Source: Acidimicrobiia bacterium
Lineage (GTDB): Bacteria > Actinomycetota > Acidimicrobiia > IMCC26256 > JAENVU01
DNA length: 64,000 bases
Assembly: GCA_046598395.1 (NCBI GenBank)
Contig: JBKJIQ010000025.1
Coordinates: forward strand, 1,668-65,667
Direction: 5' to 3'
Below, one piece after another: positions 1 to 8,924 of the stretch (its first letter is position 1; each line of letters starts with the position of its first letter). Both the position numbers and the translations under genes were made by a program. The notes beneath the pieces were generated by a model. It ran no database searches and was not told the DNA's origin. It saw only the letters and a list, made by a program, of their open reading frames with translations.

Positions 1-832
1 CGTCGTTGATGGCGGCCGCACGCGCCTTCCCGCCAAGGGTGCCGAGGTTGACCATGCCGCCTGCCAGGCTCCACCGGAACGGACGGTCACTGGCGGAACC
101 GGTCGCAGTAGGGGAGTACCCGACGATCACGCCGCTCGCATTGATGGCATACGCCGTCGATTCGGTACCACCCAGTGTGCCGAGGTCCACCGTTTCGTTC
201 ACCGAGTCCCAGAAGAACCCGTGCGACGCGGAATTGCCCACGACGTTCGAGTTCCCGGTGACCTGGCCGGCATTGTTCAGCGCCATCGCTGCGGCCGTGG
301 TCCCGCCGAGGGTGGGGATGTCCGTCATCCCGTTGACGTTGTCCCAGATGAATGCGTGCGTCTCTCCGCCGGCGGTGGTCGACGTGCCGATGACCTGGCC
401 GGAGGCGTTGATGGCCCGGGCGCTCGAGGTCGGGCCGCCGAGGGTGCCGAGGTCGGTCATCCCGTTGATGTCGTCCCAAATGAAGGCGTGGTACTGACCG
501 GCCCCGTTGGTTGCCGCCCCCACCACCTGGTCCGAGTCGTTGATGTCGTAGGCGGAGGAGCTGGGGCCACCGAGGGTGCCGAGGTCGACCATGCCGCTGG
601 TTGAAGTCCACCGGAACGCGCGGTAGTCGCCGGCTCCGTTCTGCGCCTCACCAACCACGTGGCCGGCCGCGTTGAGCGTGCCGGCCCGAGACGAGAGGCC
701 CCCGAGCGTCCCGAGGTCGATCGGAGTCCGGTCCAGGGATGCGGACGCGGGGATTGCGCCGGGCGGAAGGGCGGCGAGTGCGCCCGTGGCCAGGATTCCG
801 CCCATTAATGCCCACGGTCGCTTGGTTCGCAT
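1..832 (-). CDS. HAF-repeat extracellular protein (3' part runs off the window)
   Basis: This frame is absent from the ORF track because it has no stop in the window. My translation from ATG at 832-830 gives MRTKRPWALMGGILATGALAALPPGAIPASAS (signal-peptide-like). It is followed by at least 5 tandem ~46-aa units such as YHAFIWDDINGMTDLGTLGGPTSSARAINASGQVIG, the HAF repeat signature. Confidence 0.8.
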   Translation of the reverse strand, partial: MRTKRPWALMGGILATGALAALPPGAIPASASLDRTPIDLGTLGGLSSRAGTLNAAGHVVGEAQNGAGDYRAFRWTSTSGMVDLGTLGGPSSSAYDINDSDQVVGAATNGAGQYHAFIWDDINGMTDLGTLGGPTSSARAINASGQVIGTSTTAGGETHAFIWDNVNGMTDIPTLGGTTAAAMALNNAGQVTGNSNVVGNSASHGFFWDSVNETVDLGTLGGTESTAYAINASGVIVGYSPTATGSASDRPFRWSLAGGMVNLGTLGGKARAAAIND

Positions 833-875
833 CGAGCGACCGTAACCCCGATCCGGACCGACGGAAAGGGACCGG

Positions 876-1631
876 TCAGGCGGGGAGGTCTTTGCGTAGC
901 GTGCGCTGCACCGTAATGAAGGCGTACCACGCCGGCGCCGCGACGAGCACGATCTCGAGCGGCAGATATGTCGTTTCCCACGTGAGCGTGAGGACGAGCA
1001 TCGCGGCGAGCCAGAGCACGGTCACGATGATGTTGATGACGCGTTTGTCGCGTACCTGCATCGGATGCACGAACTTCACGTTCGACAACGTGAGTGCGCA
1101 CAGCCCGATGGTGACGACGATGTTCACCCACTGGGGGCTGCGCAGGAGGAAGAACGTGGGAGCTACGAGGTTCCAGATCGCCGGGAACCCTCTGAACCAG
1201 TGGTCCTCGGTCATCAGTTCGGTGCGAGCGAACCACAACACTGCGGTGAAGAGGATGAGGGCGCAGAGCACCACCGTCCAGCCCGATGGGAATGCGTGGA
1301 AGTAAGCCATGAACGCGACGGGCAACATCACGCAGGTGAGGTAATCGACCACCAGGTCCAAGATGTTGCCGTCCATGCCCGGCAGCGCCTCTGACACTTT
1401 CGCCGCCCGTGCGATGGGACCATCGATCCCGTCGACGATCATCGCCGCAATGAGATAGACGATCGCGGTACGCGGGTGCCCGCGGACCACGGCTTCGAGG
1501 CCCGCGGCCCCCAGCAGCACGCCGCTCGCCGTGAGGGCATGGATCGCCCAGGCCAACCGGACCTGGCGTTTTGTGCTGGCTTCGGCGCCCGGCGGTGGTC
1601 CGGATGGGGAGGCAGCGGGCGGCTTCGACAT
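876..1631 (-). CDS. pcs: CDP-alcohol phosphatidyltransferase, phosphatidylcholine synthase (Pcs)-like
   Basis: The CDP-alcohol motif DGIDGPIARAAKVSEALPGMDGNILDLVVD is present. The segments AWAIHALTASG, FRGFPAIWNLV and FVHPMQVRDKR parallel rhizobial Pcs as I recall it. The protein is polytopic and hydrophobic. Confidence 0.6.
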   Translation of the reverse strand: MSKPPAASPSGPPPGAEASTKRQVRLAWAIHALTASGVLLGAAGLEAVVRGHPRTAIVYLIAAMIVDGIDGPIARAAKVSEALPGMDGNILDLVVDYLTCVMLPVAFMAYFHAFPSGWTVVLCALILFTAVLWFARTELMTEDHWFRGFPAIWNLVAPTFFLLRSPQWVNIVVTIGLCALTLSNVKFVHPMQVRDKRVINIIVTVLWLAAMLVLTLTWETTYLPLEIVLVAAPAWYAFITVQRTLRKDLPA

Positions 1632-1704
1632 TGCGGATGCAGGTTACTGGTCGAAGGCCGAGAATCGCGGACGTCGCCCCAGGACGTGGTCCGACCCCAT
1701 CTCT

Positions 1705-2364
1705 ATGGTGGCACCCATGGTCTCAACGCTTGCTGCACTGGTGTTTCCCGGTCGCTGTCCTGGATGCGGAGCGGCCGCGGAGCCGATCTGTGCGAGTTGT
1801 GCAACGACGGCGAAGGTGGCGCCGGCACTGCCCGTACCGGTCGGACTCGATGCGCTCTACGTGCCGTTCGCGTACGACGGTGTGGTGCGCGAACTGGTCG
1901 CCCGCGCGAAGTACCGGGATCGTCATGCGGCCCTCGAGTGGCTGGCCGCGGAAATGGTGAGGTCATTCGGGCCGCTGGCCGGAGAGGTGGATGTGGTGAC
2001 GTGGGCACCGACAACGCCACAACGGCGCAGAATGCGTGGTTTCGATCAGGCGGAGATGCTGGCAACCCGAATCGCCGTGGGGCTGCAACGACCGGTTCGG
2101 GCGCGTTTGGCGCGCCAGGCCGGCGCCGCTCAGACCGGAGCAAACCGGGCTGCTCGCGAGGATCGGCCGGAGTTCATGCCTCGATTTCCGAGCCCGCGTC
2201 ATCCAACGTCTGCACGACGGACGGAGAAATCCTCAGCGGTTCTCACGATCTTGTTGGTCGATGACGTGGTCACCACGGGCGCAACGATGCGAGCGGCGGC
2301 TCGCGCGCTCCACACTGTCGAGAACATTCGGGTGATTGGCACTGCCGCAGCCCGCAGACCTTGA
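1705..2364 (+). CDS. ComF family protein (phosphoribosyltransferase domain)
   Basis: N-terminal CPGCG...CASC zinc-finger-like motif and C-terminal PRPP motif ILLVDDVVTTGATM. The track ORF starts at 1531 but overlaps the pcs gene, so an ATG at 1705 or 1717 is more plausible. Confidence 0.75.
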   Translation: MVAPMVSTLAALVFPGRCPGCGAAAEPICASCATTAKVAPALPVPVGLDALYVPFAYDGVVRELVARAKYRDRHAALEWLAAEMVRSFGPLAGEVDVVTWAPTTPQRRRMRGFDQAEMLATRIAVGLQRPVRARLARQAGAAQTGANRAAREDRPEFMPRFPSPRHPTSARRTEKSSAVLTILLVDDVVTTGATMRAAARALHTVENIRVIGTAAARRP

Positions 2365-2438
2365 TGGGCCAGGTCGTGGCGCGCCGGGGCTTGACGCGTT
2401 GGGTATGGTGACTCCACGGCGCCGGGGGAGGCACGCAG

Positions 2439-2684
2439 ATGGACGGAAACCGACGCGACGCGGACGGGTCTGGCCTTCGCAACGCGCGGATACAGGCTCT
2501 CCGGGCCGAGATCGCTGCCGGCACCTATCGCACCGATTCGCAGGTCGTGGCCGAGTCCGTCCTCGGATGGATTGCCGCTCCGAACCAGTTCGATCGATCC
2601 GGCGCTCAAGGACCGGTACCGGTCCTGTCGATGTCCCAACCACGGATGTCCGTCACGGGGACATCCCCGACAAGTAGGTCCTAG
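2439..2684 (+). CDS. small FlgM-like (anti-sigma-28 family) protein, tentative
   Basis: 81 aa. RNARIQALRAEIAAGTYRTDSQVVAESVL resembles the conserved C-terminal FlgM segment. Intergenic position between comF and hpf. Confidence 0.45.
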   Translation: MDGNRRDADGSGLRNARIQALRAEIAAGTYRTDSQVVAESVLGWIAAPNQFDRSGAQGPVPVLSMSQPRMSVTGTSPTSRS

Positions 2685-2772
2685 GAGTACACAGAAATCA
2701 GGAGCAGAACGTGCTCGAAGCGGGTCGCCGCGAAGTTCATACTGCGGAGACCCACCATCCACGGAGGTGACG

Positions 2773-3180
2773 ATGGAGATTCTCATTCACGGACGCAACG
2801 TCGATGTTGATCCGGTGCTCGAGCAGAAGAGCCGGGTCAAGTTGGCCAAGCTTCCCCGACTCGCTTCGGACATCAGACGGGTTGAAGTGGAGTTTTCCGA
2901 GATTCGCAACCCGCGGGAGCCAGAACAACAGCAGTGTGAGGTCACGGTTCACCTCACCCGGAACTTCGTGAAGGCCCACGCCACCGCGACCGATGCCCGT
3001 ACGGCTTTTGACCGTGCCGTGGACAAGGTGGAACACCAGGTGGGGCGGGTCAAGAGCAAGCGGATCAGTCGTTCGCGTCCCCGCCACGGTTCTGATGCCG
3101 CGGCGGCGCGTATCGGTGCGCACCTCGACCCCGACACCGGCGACGAAGCCGACGATCGAGACACGGCCAAGTACGCCTGA
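2773..3180 (+). CDS. hpf: ribosome hibernation promoting factor / RaiA family, short form
   Basis: MEILIHGRNVDVDPVLEQKSRVKLAKL...VTVHL...KAHATATDARTAFDRAVDKVEHQV is typical of the HPF N-domain. GGAGGTG lies 5 nt upstream of the ATG at 2773. The track ORF from 2572 carries an implausible N-extension. Confidence 0.85.
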   Translation: MEILIHGRNVDVDPVLEQKSRVKLAKLPRLASDIRRVEVEFSEIRNPREPEQQQCEVTVHLTRNFVKAHATATDARTAFDRAVDKVEHQVGRVKSKRISRSRPRHGSDAAAARIGAHLDPDTGDEADDRDTAKYA

Positions 3181-3275
3181 CCTGACCGGGGTCGTCCGCG
3201 CCGGCCCGGCATCTTGCAGTTTCGCCAAATGATGCGGCCCGAGATCGGTGAGGCGCGCCGGTACACTCGCACCCA

Positions 3276-5978
3276 ATGAGTATTTTCTCGAAAGTCCTCA
3301 ACGCGGGCGAAGGTCGCAAGCTGAAGCTCCTCCAAACGATCGTGCCCGAGGTGGCATCGTTCGAGGCTGAGATGGAAGCGCGTTCAGACGCCGAGCTTCG
3401 TGCATTAACCGGCGTCTTTCGCGACCGGCTGGAGCGTGGCGAAGACCTCGATGACCTGCTGGGCGAAGCCTTCGCCACGGTTCGCGAGGCCGGCAAGCGG
3501 GTACTCGGCCAACGGCACTTCGATGTCCAGGTGATGGGCGGAGCGGGTCTGCACTTCGGCTGGATTGCCGAGATGAAGACGGGTGAAGGCAAGACGTTGG
3601 TCTCCACCTTGCCCGCCTACCTGAATGCGCTGACGGGACTGGGCGTTCACCTGGTCACGACCAACGACTATCTGGCCAAGCGTGACGCGGAATGGATGGG
3701 CCAGGTCCACCGGTTCCTCGGCCTCGAAGTTGGCGCGGTGCTACCGGATGTTGACGACCCGGAGGAGAAGCGCGCGGCCTACGCAGCCGACATCACGTAC
3801 GGGACGAACAACGAGTTCGGATTCGACTACCTGCGCGACAACATGGCGGGCTCGGTCGAGGAACAGGCTCAACGTGGCCACAACTTCGCCATTGTGGACG
3901 AGGTCGACTCGATCCTCGTGGATGAGGCGCGGACGCCTCTGATTATCTCGGGTCGCGCGGATGACGCGCAGGCGCTGTATTTCCAGTTCGCTCGCATCGT
4001 CAAGACGTTGCAACGCGATCGGGACTACGAGGTCGACGAAGCCAAGCGCACCGTCGTGCCGACTGAAGAAGGCATCCATCGCGTCGAGAAGGCGTTGGGG
4101 GTCGACAACCTCTACGAGCACGTGAACCAGAACTTCGTGCATCAGCTCCAGGCCGCGCTCAAGGGCAAGGAGCTGTTCAAGCCCGACGTCGACTACGTGG
4201 TCGCGGATGGCGAAGTGAAGATCGTCGACGAGTTCACCGGCCGCATCCTCGATGGTCGGCGGTGGAGCGATGGTCTGCACCAGGCCGTTGAAGCCAAAGA
4301 AGGTGTGCGGATCAAGGAGGAGAACCAAACCCTCGCGACCGTCACGCTGCAGAACTACTTCAAGCTCTACGACAAGCTCGGTGGCATGACCGGTACCGCG
4401 AACAGCGAAGCCGGCGAGTTCATGCACACCTATGGGCTGGAGGTGGTCAGCATTCCCACGAACCGCGTGATGGTGCGGATGGACGAGCCTGACCTCATCT
4501 ACAAGACCGAGGAGGCCAAGTTCGAAGCGTTGGCCGACGACATCCAGGAGCGCAGCGACCGCGGCCAGCCTGTATTGGTCGGCACGATTTCGGTAGAGCG
4601 CTCGGAGCATCTCGCGAATCTGTTGGACAAACGGGGGATTCCGCACCTCGTCCTCAACGCCAAGCAGCACGAGAAGGAAGCGGGCATCGTCACTCAGGCA
4701 GGACGCGTAAGCGCGGTGACCGTGGCTACGAACATGGCCGGCCGGGGTGTCGACATTCTGTTGGGCGGGTACCCCGAAGGTTTGGCTCGCGAAGAGATGC
4801 TCGCGAGTGGCACAACGCCCGAAGCGGAGACCGAAAAGTACGACGAGTTGCTCGCCCATTTCAAGGAGCAATGCGCCGAAGAGGGCGCGCATGTGCGCGA
4901 GCTCGGCGGCCTGTATGTGCTCGGCACCGAGCGTCACGAGAGTCGGCGCATCGACAACCAGCTCCGCGGCCGCTCCGGCCGCCAGGGTGACCCAGGTGAG
5001 AGCCGGTTCTACCTGTCGCTCGAAGATGAGCTGATGCGGCTGTTTGCGACGGGCGCGATGAACTGGGTGATGGGCAAGGCGTTCCCCGACGATCTTCCGC
5101 TTGAGGCGAAGATGGTCACCAAGGCGATCGAACGCGCGCAGCGAACGGTGGAGGATCGCAACTTCGAGATCCGCAAGGACGTGCTCAAGTACGACGAAGT
5201 GATGAACGAGCAGCGCAAGGTCATTTACAAGCGTCGTCAGCAGATCCTCGACGGAGATGACCTACGCGAAGAGTCGATCGCGTCGATCGAGGGCGCGATC
5301 GACCATGTGGTCCAAGCCGCCACGGGCGGCGGCGAGTTCTCCGAGGACTGGGACGTGAACGAGCTTCTCGTGGGAGCCGCCGATGTGTTCCCCACGCGGG
5401 TGACCCGCGAGCAGGTTTCCGAACTGGCCAACTCGGAGGGCATTTTCGAGTTGCTGCACGGGGATGCCCTGGAGCAGTACGAGGCCAAGGAAGCCCAGAT
5501 CGGAGCGGAGCAACTGCGCGAGATCGAGCGCCGCGTGATGCTCTCGGTCATCGACCAGCACTGGCGCGAGCATCTCTACGAGATGGACTATTTACGCGAG
5601 GGCATCAACCTTCGGGCGATGGGTCAACAGGACCCATTGGCCGAGTGGCAGCGTGAAGGCTTCGACATGTTCGAAGTGATGATGGAATCCATCAAGGACG
5701 ACTTCGTTCGCTACATCTTCCGGCTCGAGGTGGTGGCCGACGATGCCCCCACCTCGTTGCGCAACGTGCAGTACTCCGCCGCCGAGGACCCGGTGCAAGG
5801 ACAGAGTGGTTTCACCGCGGCGGCGGCGGTCGCTCCCGTCGATGACATGGCCGACGCGCCCGCTCCCATTGCCGAAGACGTTCCTCAGTTGCCCGTGACT
5901 GTGGACAAGCTGCCCGGTCGCAACGAGCCCTGCCACTGTGGCAGTGGCAAGAAGTTCAAACTCTGTCACGGCCGCTGA
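3276..5978 (+). CDS. secA: preprotein translocase ATPase SecA
   Basis: 900 aa. EMKTGEGKT Walker A, full SecA architecture, C-terminal zinc motif CHCGSGKKFKLCHGR. Confidence 0.98.
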   Translation: MSIFSKVLNAGEGRKLKLLQTIVPEVASFEAEMEARSDAELRALTGVFRDRLERGEDLDDLLGEAFATVREAGKRVLGQRHFDVQVMGGAGLHFGWIAEMKTGEGKTLVSTLPAYLNALTGLGVHLVTTNDYLAKRDAEWMGQVHRFLGLEVGAVLPDVDDPEEKRAAYAADITYGTNNEFGFDYLRDNMAGSVEEQAQRGHNFAIVDEVDSILVDEARTPLIISGRADDAQALYFQFARIVKTLQRDRDYEVDEAKRTVVPTEEGIHRVEKALGVDNLYEHVNQNFVHQLQAALKGKELFKPDVDYVVADGEVKIVDEFTGRILDGRRWSDGLHQAVEAKEGVRIKEENQTLATVTLQNYFKLYDKLGGMTGTANSEAGEFMHTYGLEVVSIPTNRVMVRMDEPDLIYKTEEAKFEALADDIQERSDRGQPVLVGTISVERSEHLANLLDKRGIPHLVLNAKQHEKEAGIVTQAGRVSAVTVATNMAGRGVDILLGGYPEGLAREEMLASGTTPEAETEKYDELLAHFKEQCAEEGAHVRELGGLYVLGTERHESRRIDNQLRGRSGRQGDPGESRFYLSLEDELMRLFATGAMNWVMGKAFPDDLPLEAKMVTKAIERAQRTVEDRNFEIRKDVLKYDEVMNEQRKVIYKRRQQILDGDDLREESIASIEGAIDHVVQAATGGGEFSEDWDVNELLVGAADVFPTRVTREQVSELANSEGIFELLHGDALEQYEAKEAQIGAEQLREIERRVMLSVIDQHWREHLYEMDYLREGINLRAMGQQDPLAEWQREGFDMFEVMMESIKDDFVRYIFRLEVVADDAPTSLRNVQYSAAEDPVQGQSGFTAAAAVAPVDDMADAPAPIAEDVPQLPVTVDKLPGRNEPCHCGSGKKFKLCHGR

Positions 5979-6041
5979 CGTTCGGTGTGCCGTTGCTGAC
6001 GGCTCGATTGGCGCTCAAGGCATCCGGCGCACACCGCACTC

Positions 6042-7181
6042 GTGCCCGACCCGTTCGTCCTGACCGGAGTTTCCATGCGTGATTTCTCTGACGATCTCAC
6101 CGACGTGCGTCGGCGCGTGGAAGACGCGCGCGCGTATCTCAAGATCGATACGCAGCGGGATCGGCTCATCGAACTCGAGTCGCATGCCGCGCAGCCAGAC
6201 CTCTGGGACGATCCCGATGCTGCGCGCGCGGTGACGAGTGAGTTAGCGGGCGTGCGTGACGACATTGATCTCGTTGACGCGCTCACCGAGCGCGTGGATG
6301 ATCTCGACACGCTGTTCGAGCTTGGGCGAGAGGAACATGACGACAGCGTGGCGCCGGAGATCGAATCCGGGATCGACACATTGCGTGGTGAACTCGACAC
6401 TCTCGAACTCCGCGCCCTGTTCACGGGCGAGCACGACGAACGTGACGCGATCTGCCAGGTGAGTTCCGGTGCCGGGGGAACCGATGCCCAAGACTGGACC
6501 CAGATGCTGCTTCGGATGTTCACGCGGTGGGCCGAGCGGCGGGGTTTCGACGTTGAGATCGATGACATCAGTGAAGGCACCGAGGCCGGGATCAGTTCGG
6601 CCACGTTCACGGTCAAGGGCCGCTATGCCTACGGTCTGCTCACGGGAGAGAAGGGCGTGCATCGCCTCATTCGGATCTCACCCTTTGATGCCAACGCTCG
6701 TCGCCAAACCGCCTTCGCCGCATTTGATGCTGTCCCCGCGCTCGATGTGACGGAGGCCCCGGAGATCGACCCGGGCGACCTGCGGATCGACACCTTCCGG
6801 TCCTCTGGGGCGGGGGGCCAGCACGTGAACGTGACCGACTCGGCGATCCGGATTACTCACCTTCCCACTGGGATCGTGGTGTCCTGTCAGAACCAACGGT
6901 CGCAGCTGCAGAACAAGACCAAAGCGATGCAGATTCTCGCGGCGCGCCTCGCGGAGAAACACCGCCAGGATCAACGGGCCGAGCTGGAACAGTTGTCGGG
7001 CGAGAAACGCGGGATCGACTTCGGGAGCCAGATCCGCACCTACACCCTCCACCCGTATCAGCTGGTCAAAGACGAACGCACGCGCCACGAGACGGGCAAT
7101 ATCCAGGCCGTGCTCGATGGCGATCTCGACGGCATGATGGAAGCCTTCCTGCAGTGGCGCCGGGTCGGCGGAGCCGAGTAA
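6042..7181 (+). CDS. prfB: peptide chain release factor 2
   Basis: SPF motif (RISPFD) and GGQ motif (SGAGGQHVN). The ORF is continuous with no +1 frameshift site. An alternative start is the ATG at 6075 (MRDFSDDL). Confidence 0.95.
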   Translation: MPDPFVLTGVSMRDFSDDLTDVRRRVEDARAYLKIDTQRDRLIELESHAAQPDLWDDPDAARAVTSELAGVRDDIDLVDALTERVDDLDTLFELGREEHDDSVAPEIESGIDTLRGELDTLELRALFTGEHDERDAICQVSSGAGGTDAQDWTQMLLRMFTRWAERRGFDVEIDDISEGTEAGISSATFTVKGRYAYGLLTGEKGVHRLIRISPFDANARRQTAFAAFDAVPALDVTEAPEIDPGDLRIDTFRSSGAGGQHVNVTDSAIRITHLPTGIVVSCQNQRSQLQNKTKAMQILAARLAEKHRQDQRAELEQLSGEKRGIDFGSQIRTYTLHPYQLVKDERTRHETGNIQAVLDGDLDGMMEAFLQWRRVGGAE

Positions 7182-7267
7182 CCGCACTTTCGAAACGGGC
7201 ATTTGTGGTGGTTCTGGGCCCGTTGACCCAGCGCTGCGATGAGCGCCCGATAACCTGGGTAGCTCTC

Positions 7268-7954
7268 ATGATTCGCTTCGAGAACGTCACCATGACCTAC
7301 AAGGGCGATGTCACCGCCCTGCGGGACGTCAGCCTCGATGTCCAAAAAGGCGAGTTCGTCTTCCTCGTCGGCCCGTCGGGCTCCGGGAAATCGACCTTCC
7401 TCCGGCTCCTCCTGCGCGACGAAGTTCCGACCAAGGGCAGCATCGTGGTCGCCGGGCGGGACATCACCACGCTCTCGAGCTGGAAGGTCCCGCAACTCCG
7501 GCGCAACATCGGGTGCATTTTCCAGGACTACAAGCTGTTGCCGGGCAAGACCATCTACGAGAACGTTGCGTTCGCCTCCGAGGTGATCGGCCGGCCGCAA
7601 CACGTGACGAAGGCCCAGGTGCCCCAGATCTTGGATCTGGTCGGCCTCACGTCGAAACTCGACCGGTTCCCGGGCGAACTCTCCGGTGGTGAGCAGCAGC
7701 GAGTCTCCATTGCCCGGGCGTTCGTGAATCGGCCGTTGATCCTGCTCGCCGATGAACCGACGGGAAACCTCGACCCCCAGACCACCGTCGGGATCATGCG
7801 CTTGCTCGACCGCATCAACCGGACCGGCACCACGGTCGTGATGGCCACCCACGATTCTCGCATCGTCGACACGATGCGGCGTCGGGTCCTCGAACTCGAC
7901 CACGGCTCCCTCGTCCGAGATCAAGCTCGTGGTGTCTACGGCGTGGGGAGTTAA
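7268..7954 (+). CDS. ftsE: cell division ATP-binding protein FtsE
   Basis: [11 protein letters not shown] start. Walker [10 protein letters not shown], signature LSGGEQQRV, Walker B ILLADEPT. The track ORF start at 7154 overlaps prfB. Confidence 0.93.
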   Translation: MIRFENVTMTYKGDVTALRDVSLDVQKGEFVFLVGPSGSGKSTFLRLLLRDEVPTKGSIVVAGRDITTLSSWKVPQLRRNIGCIFQDYKLLPGKTIYENVAFASEVIGRPQHVTKAQVPQILDLVGLTSKLDRFPGELSGGEQQRVSIARAFVNRPLILLADEPTGNLDPQTTVGIMRLLDRINRTGTTVVMATHDSRIVDTMRRRVLELDHGSLVRDQARGVYGVGS

Positions 7955-7962
7955 AGGCGCTC

Positions 7963-8856
7963 ATGCTGGGAAAACTTCGATACTTCGGACGCGAGACATG
8001 GGTATCACTGCGCCGCAACGTCCTCATGACGGTCGCGGGGGTGATCACGGTCGCGGTGTCCCTGTGTGTGCTCGGCAGTTCGTTGCTGATCACGCGTTTG
8101 GTCGATCACGGAACCCAGCGCTGGAAAGACGGCGTCGAGTTCGAGATCTTCATGAAGGTTGGCGCAACCGCGGCCGAGTCCAAGGCGGTGCAATCTCAGC
8201 TGGGCGGCGATACCAACGTCATTCGGGTGAAGTACATCTCGAAGGACGCTGCGTACAAGGAGTTTAAGCGGCTGTTCGCGAGCGATCAGCCGGAACTTGC
8301 GGCGACGATCACCCCCCAGGATCTTCCGGAGTCCTTCCGAGTCGCACCGCGCAAAGCCGAACTCACCGAGAGCGTCTCGAACCGGTATGTGAGCCTGGCC
8401 GGCGTCGACGTGGTGAAGACCGCGGATAAAGCCGTGAAGGATCTCCTCTCGTTCAGTCGCGGTATTCGTGTGGGCTTTCTCGTCGTCTTCGGGGCGTTGC
8501 TGTTCGCATCGCTGTTCCTGATCGTGAATACGATCCGACTGGCGACCTACGCGCGGCGCCGGGAGATCGAGGTCATGAAGTTGGTGGGCGCCTCCAACTG
8601 GTTCGTCCGGATTCCGTTCATGCTCGAAGGGATGGTGCAAGGGGTCCTGGGTGCCACGGTGGGCGTGGGGGCGGTATGGCTGCTGCGCGGCATCCTCACC
8701 AATCTCATCCCGTCTCAGGACCTCCTCGGTTTCTGGAGCGGTTGGTACGTGGGTCCGAGCGACGCCACCCAGATCAGCATCATCGTGCTGCTCTTGGGTG
8801 CCGGTATCGGCATGATCGGGGCAGTTGCCGGATTGCGGCGTTTCCTCGACGTCTGA
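7963..8856 (+). CDS. ftsX: cell division permease-like protein FtsX
   Basis: 297 aa, directly follows ftsE. N-terminal TM segment, large extracellular loop, and three C-terminal TM segments typical of FtsX. Confidence 0.9.
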   Translation: MLGKLRYFGRETWVSLRRNVLMTVAGVITVAVSLCVLGSSLLITRLVDHGTQRWKDGVEFEIFMKVGATAAESKAVQSQLGGDTNVIRVKYISKDAAYKEFKRLFASDQPELAATITPQDLPESFRVAPRKAELTESVSNRYVSLAGVDVVKTADKAVKDLLSFSRGIRVGFLVVFGALLFASLFLIVNTIRLATYARRREIEVMKLVGASNWFVRIPFMLEGMVQGVLGATVGVGAVWLLRGILTNLIPSQDLLGFWSGWYVGPSDATQISIIVLLLGAGIGMIGAVAGLRRFLDV

Positions 8857-8924
8857 CGCTCGGGCGATTTCGATCGACAACCATCCGCAACGGATGTTGT
8901 CCATGTGGTTATCGTCAACCACTG

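Noticed and set aside
6042-6200. Programmed +1 frameshift site expected in prfB.
   Set aside because: The RF2 reading frame is continuous from the start through the SPF and GGQ motifs. I found no internal in-frame TGA and no CTT-TGA-type shift site. This genome uses an unshifted prfB.
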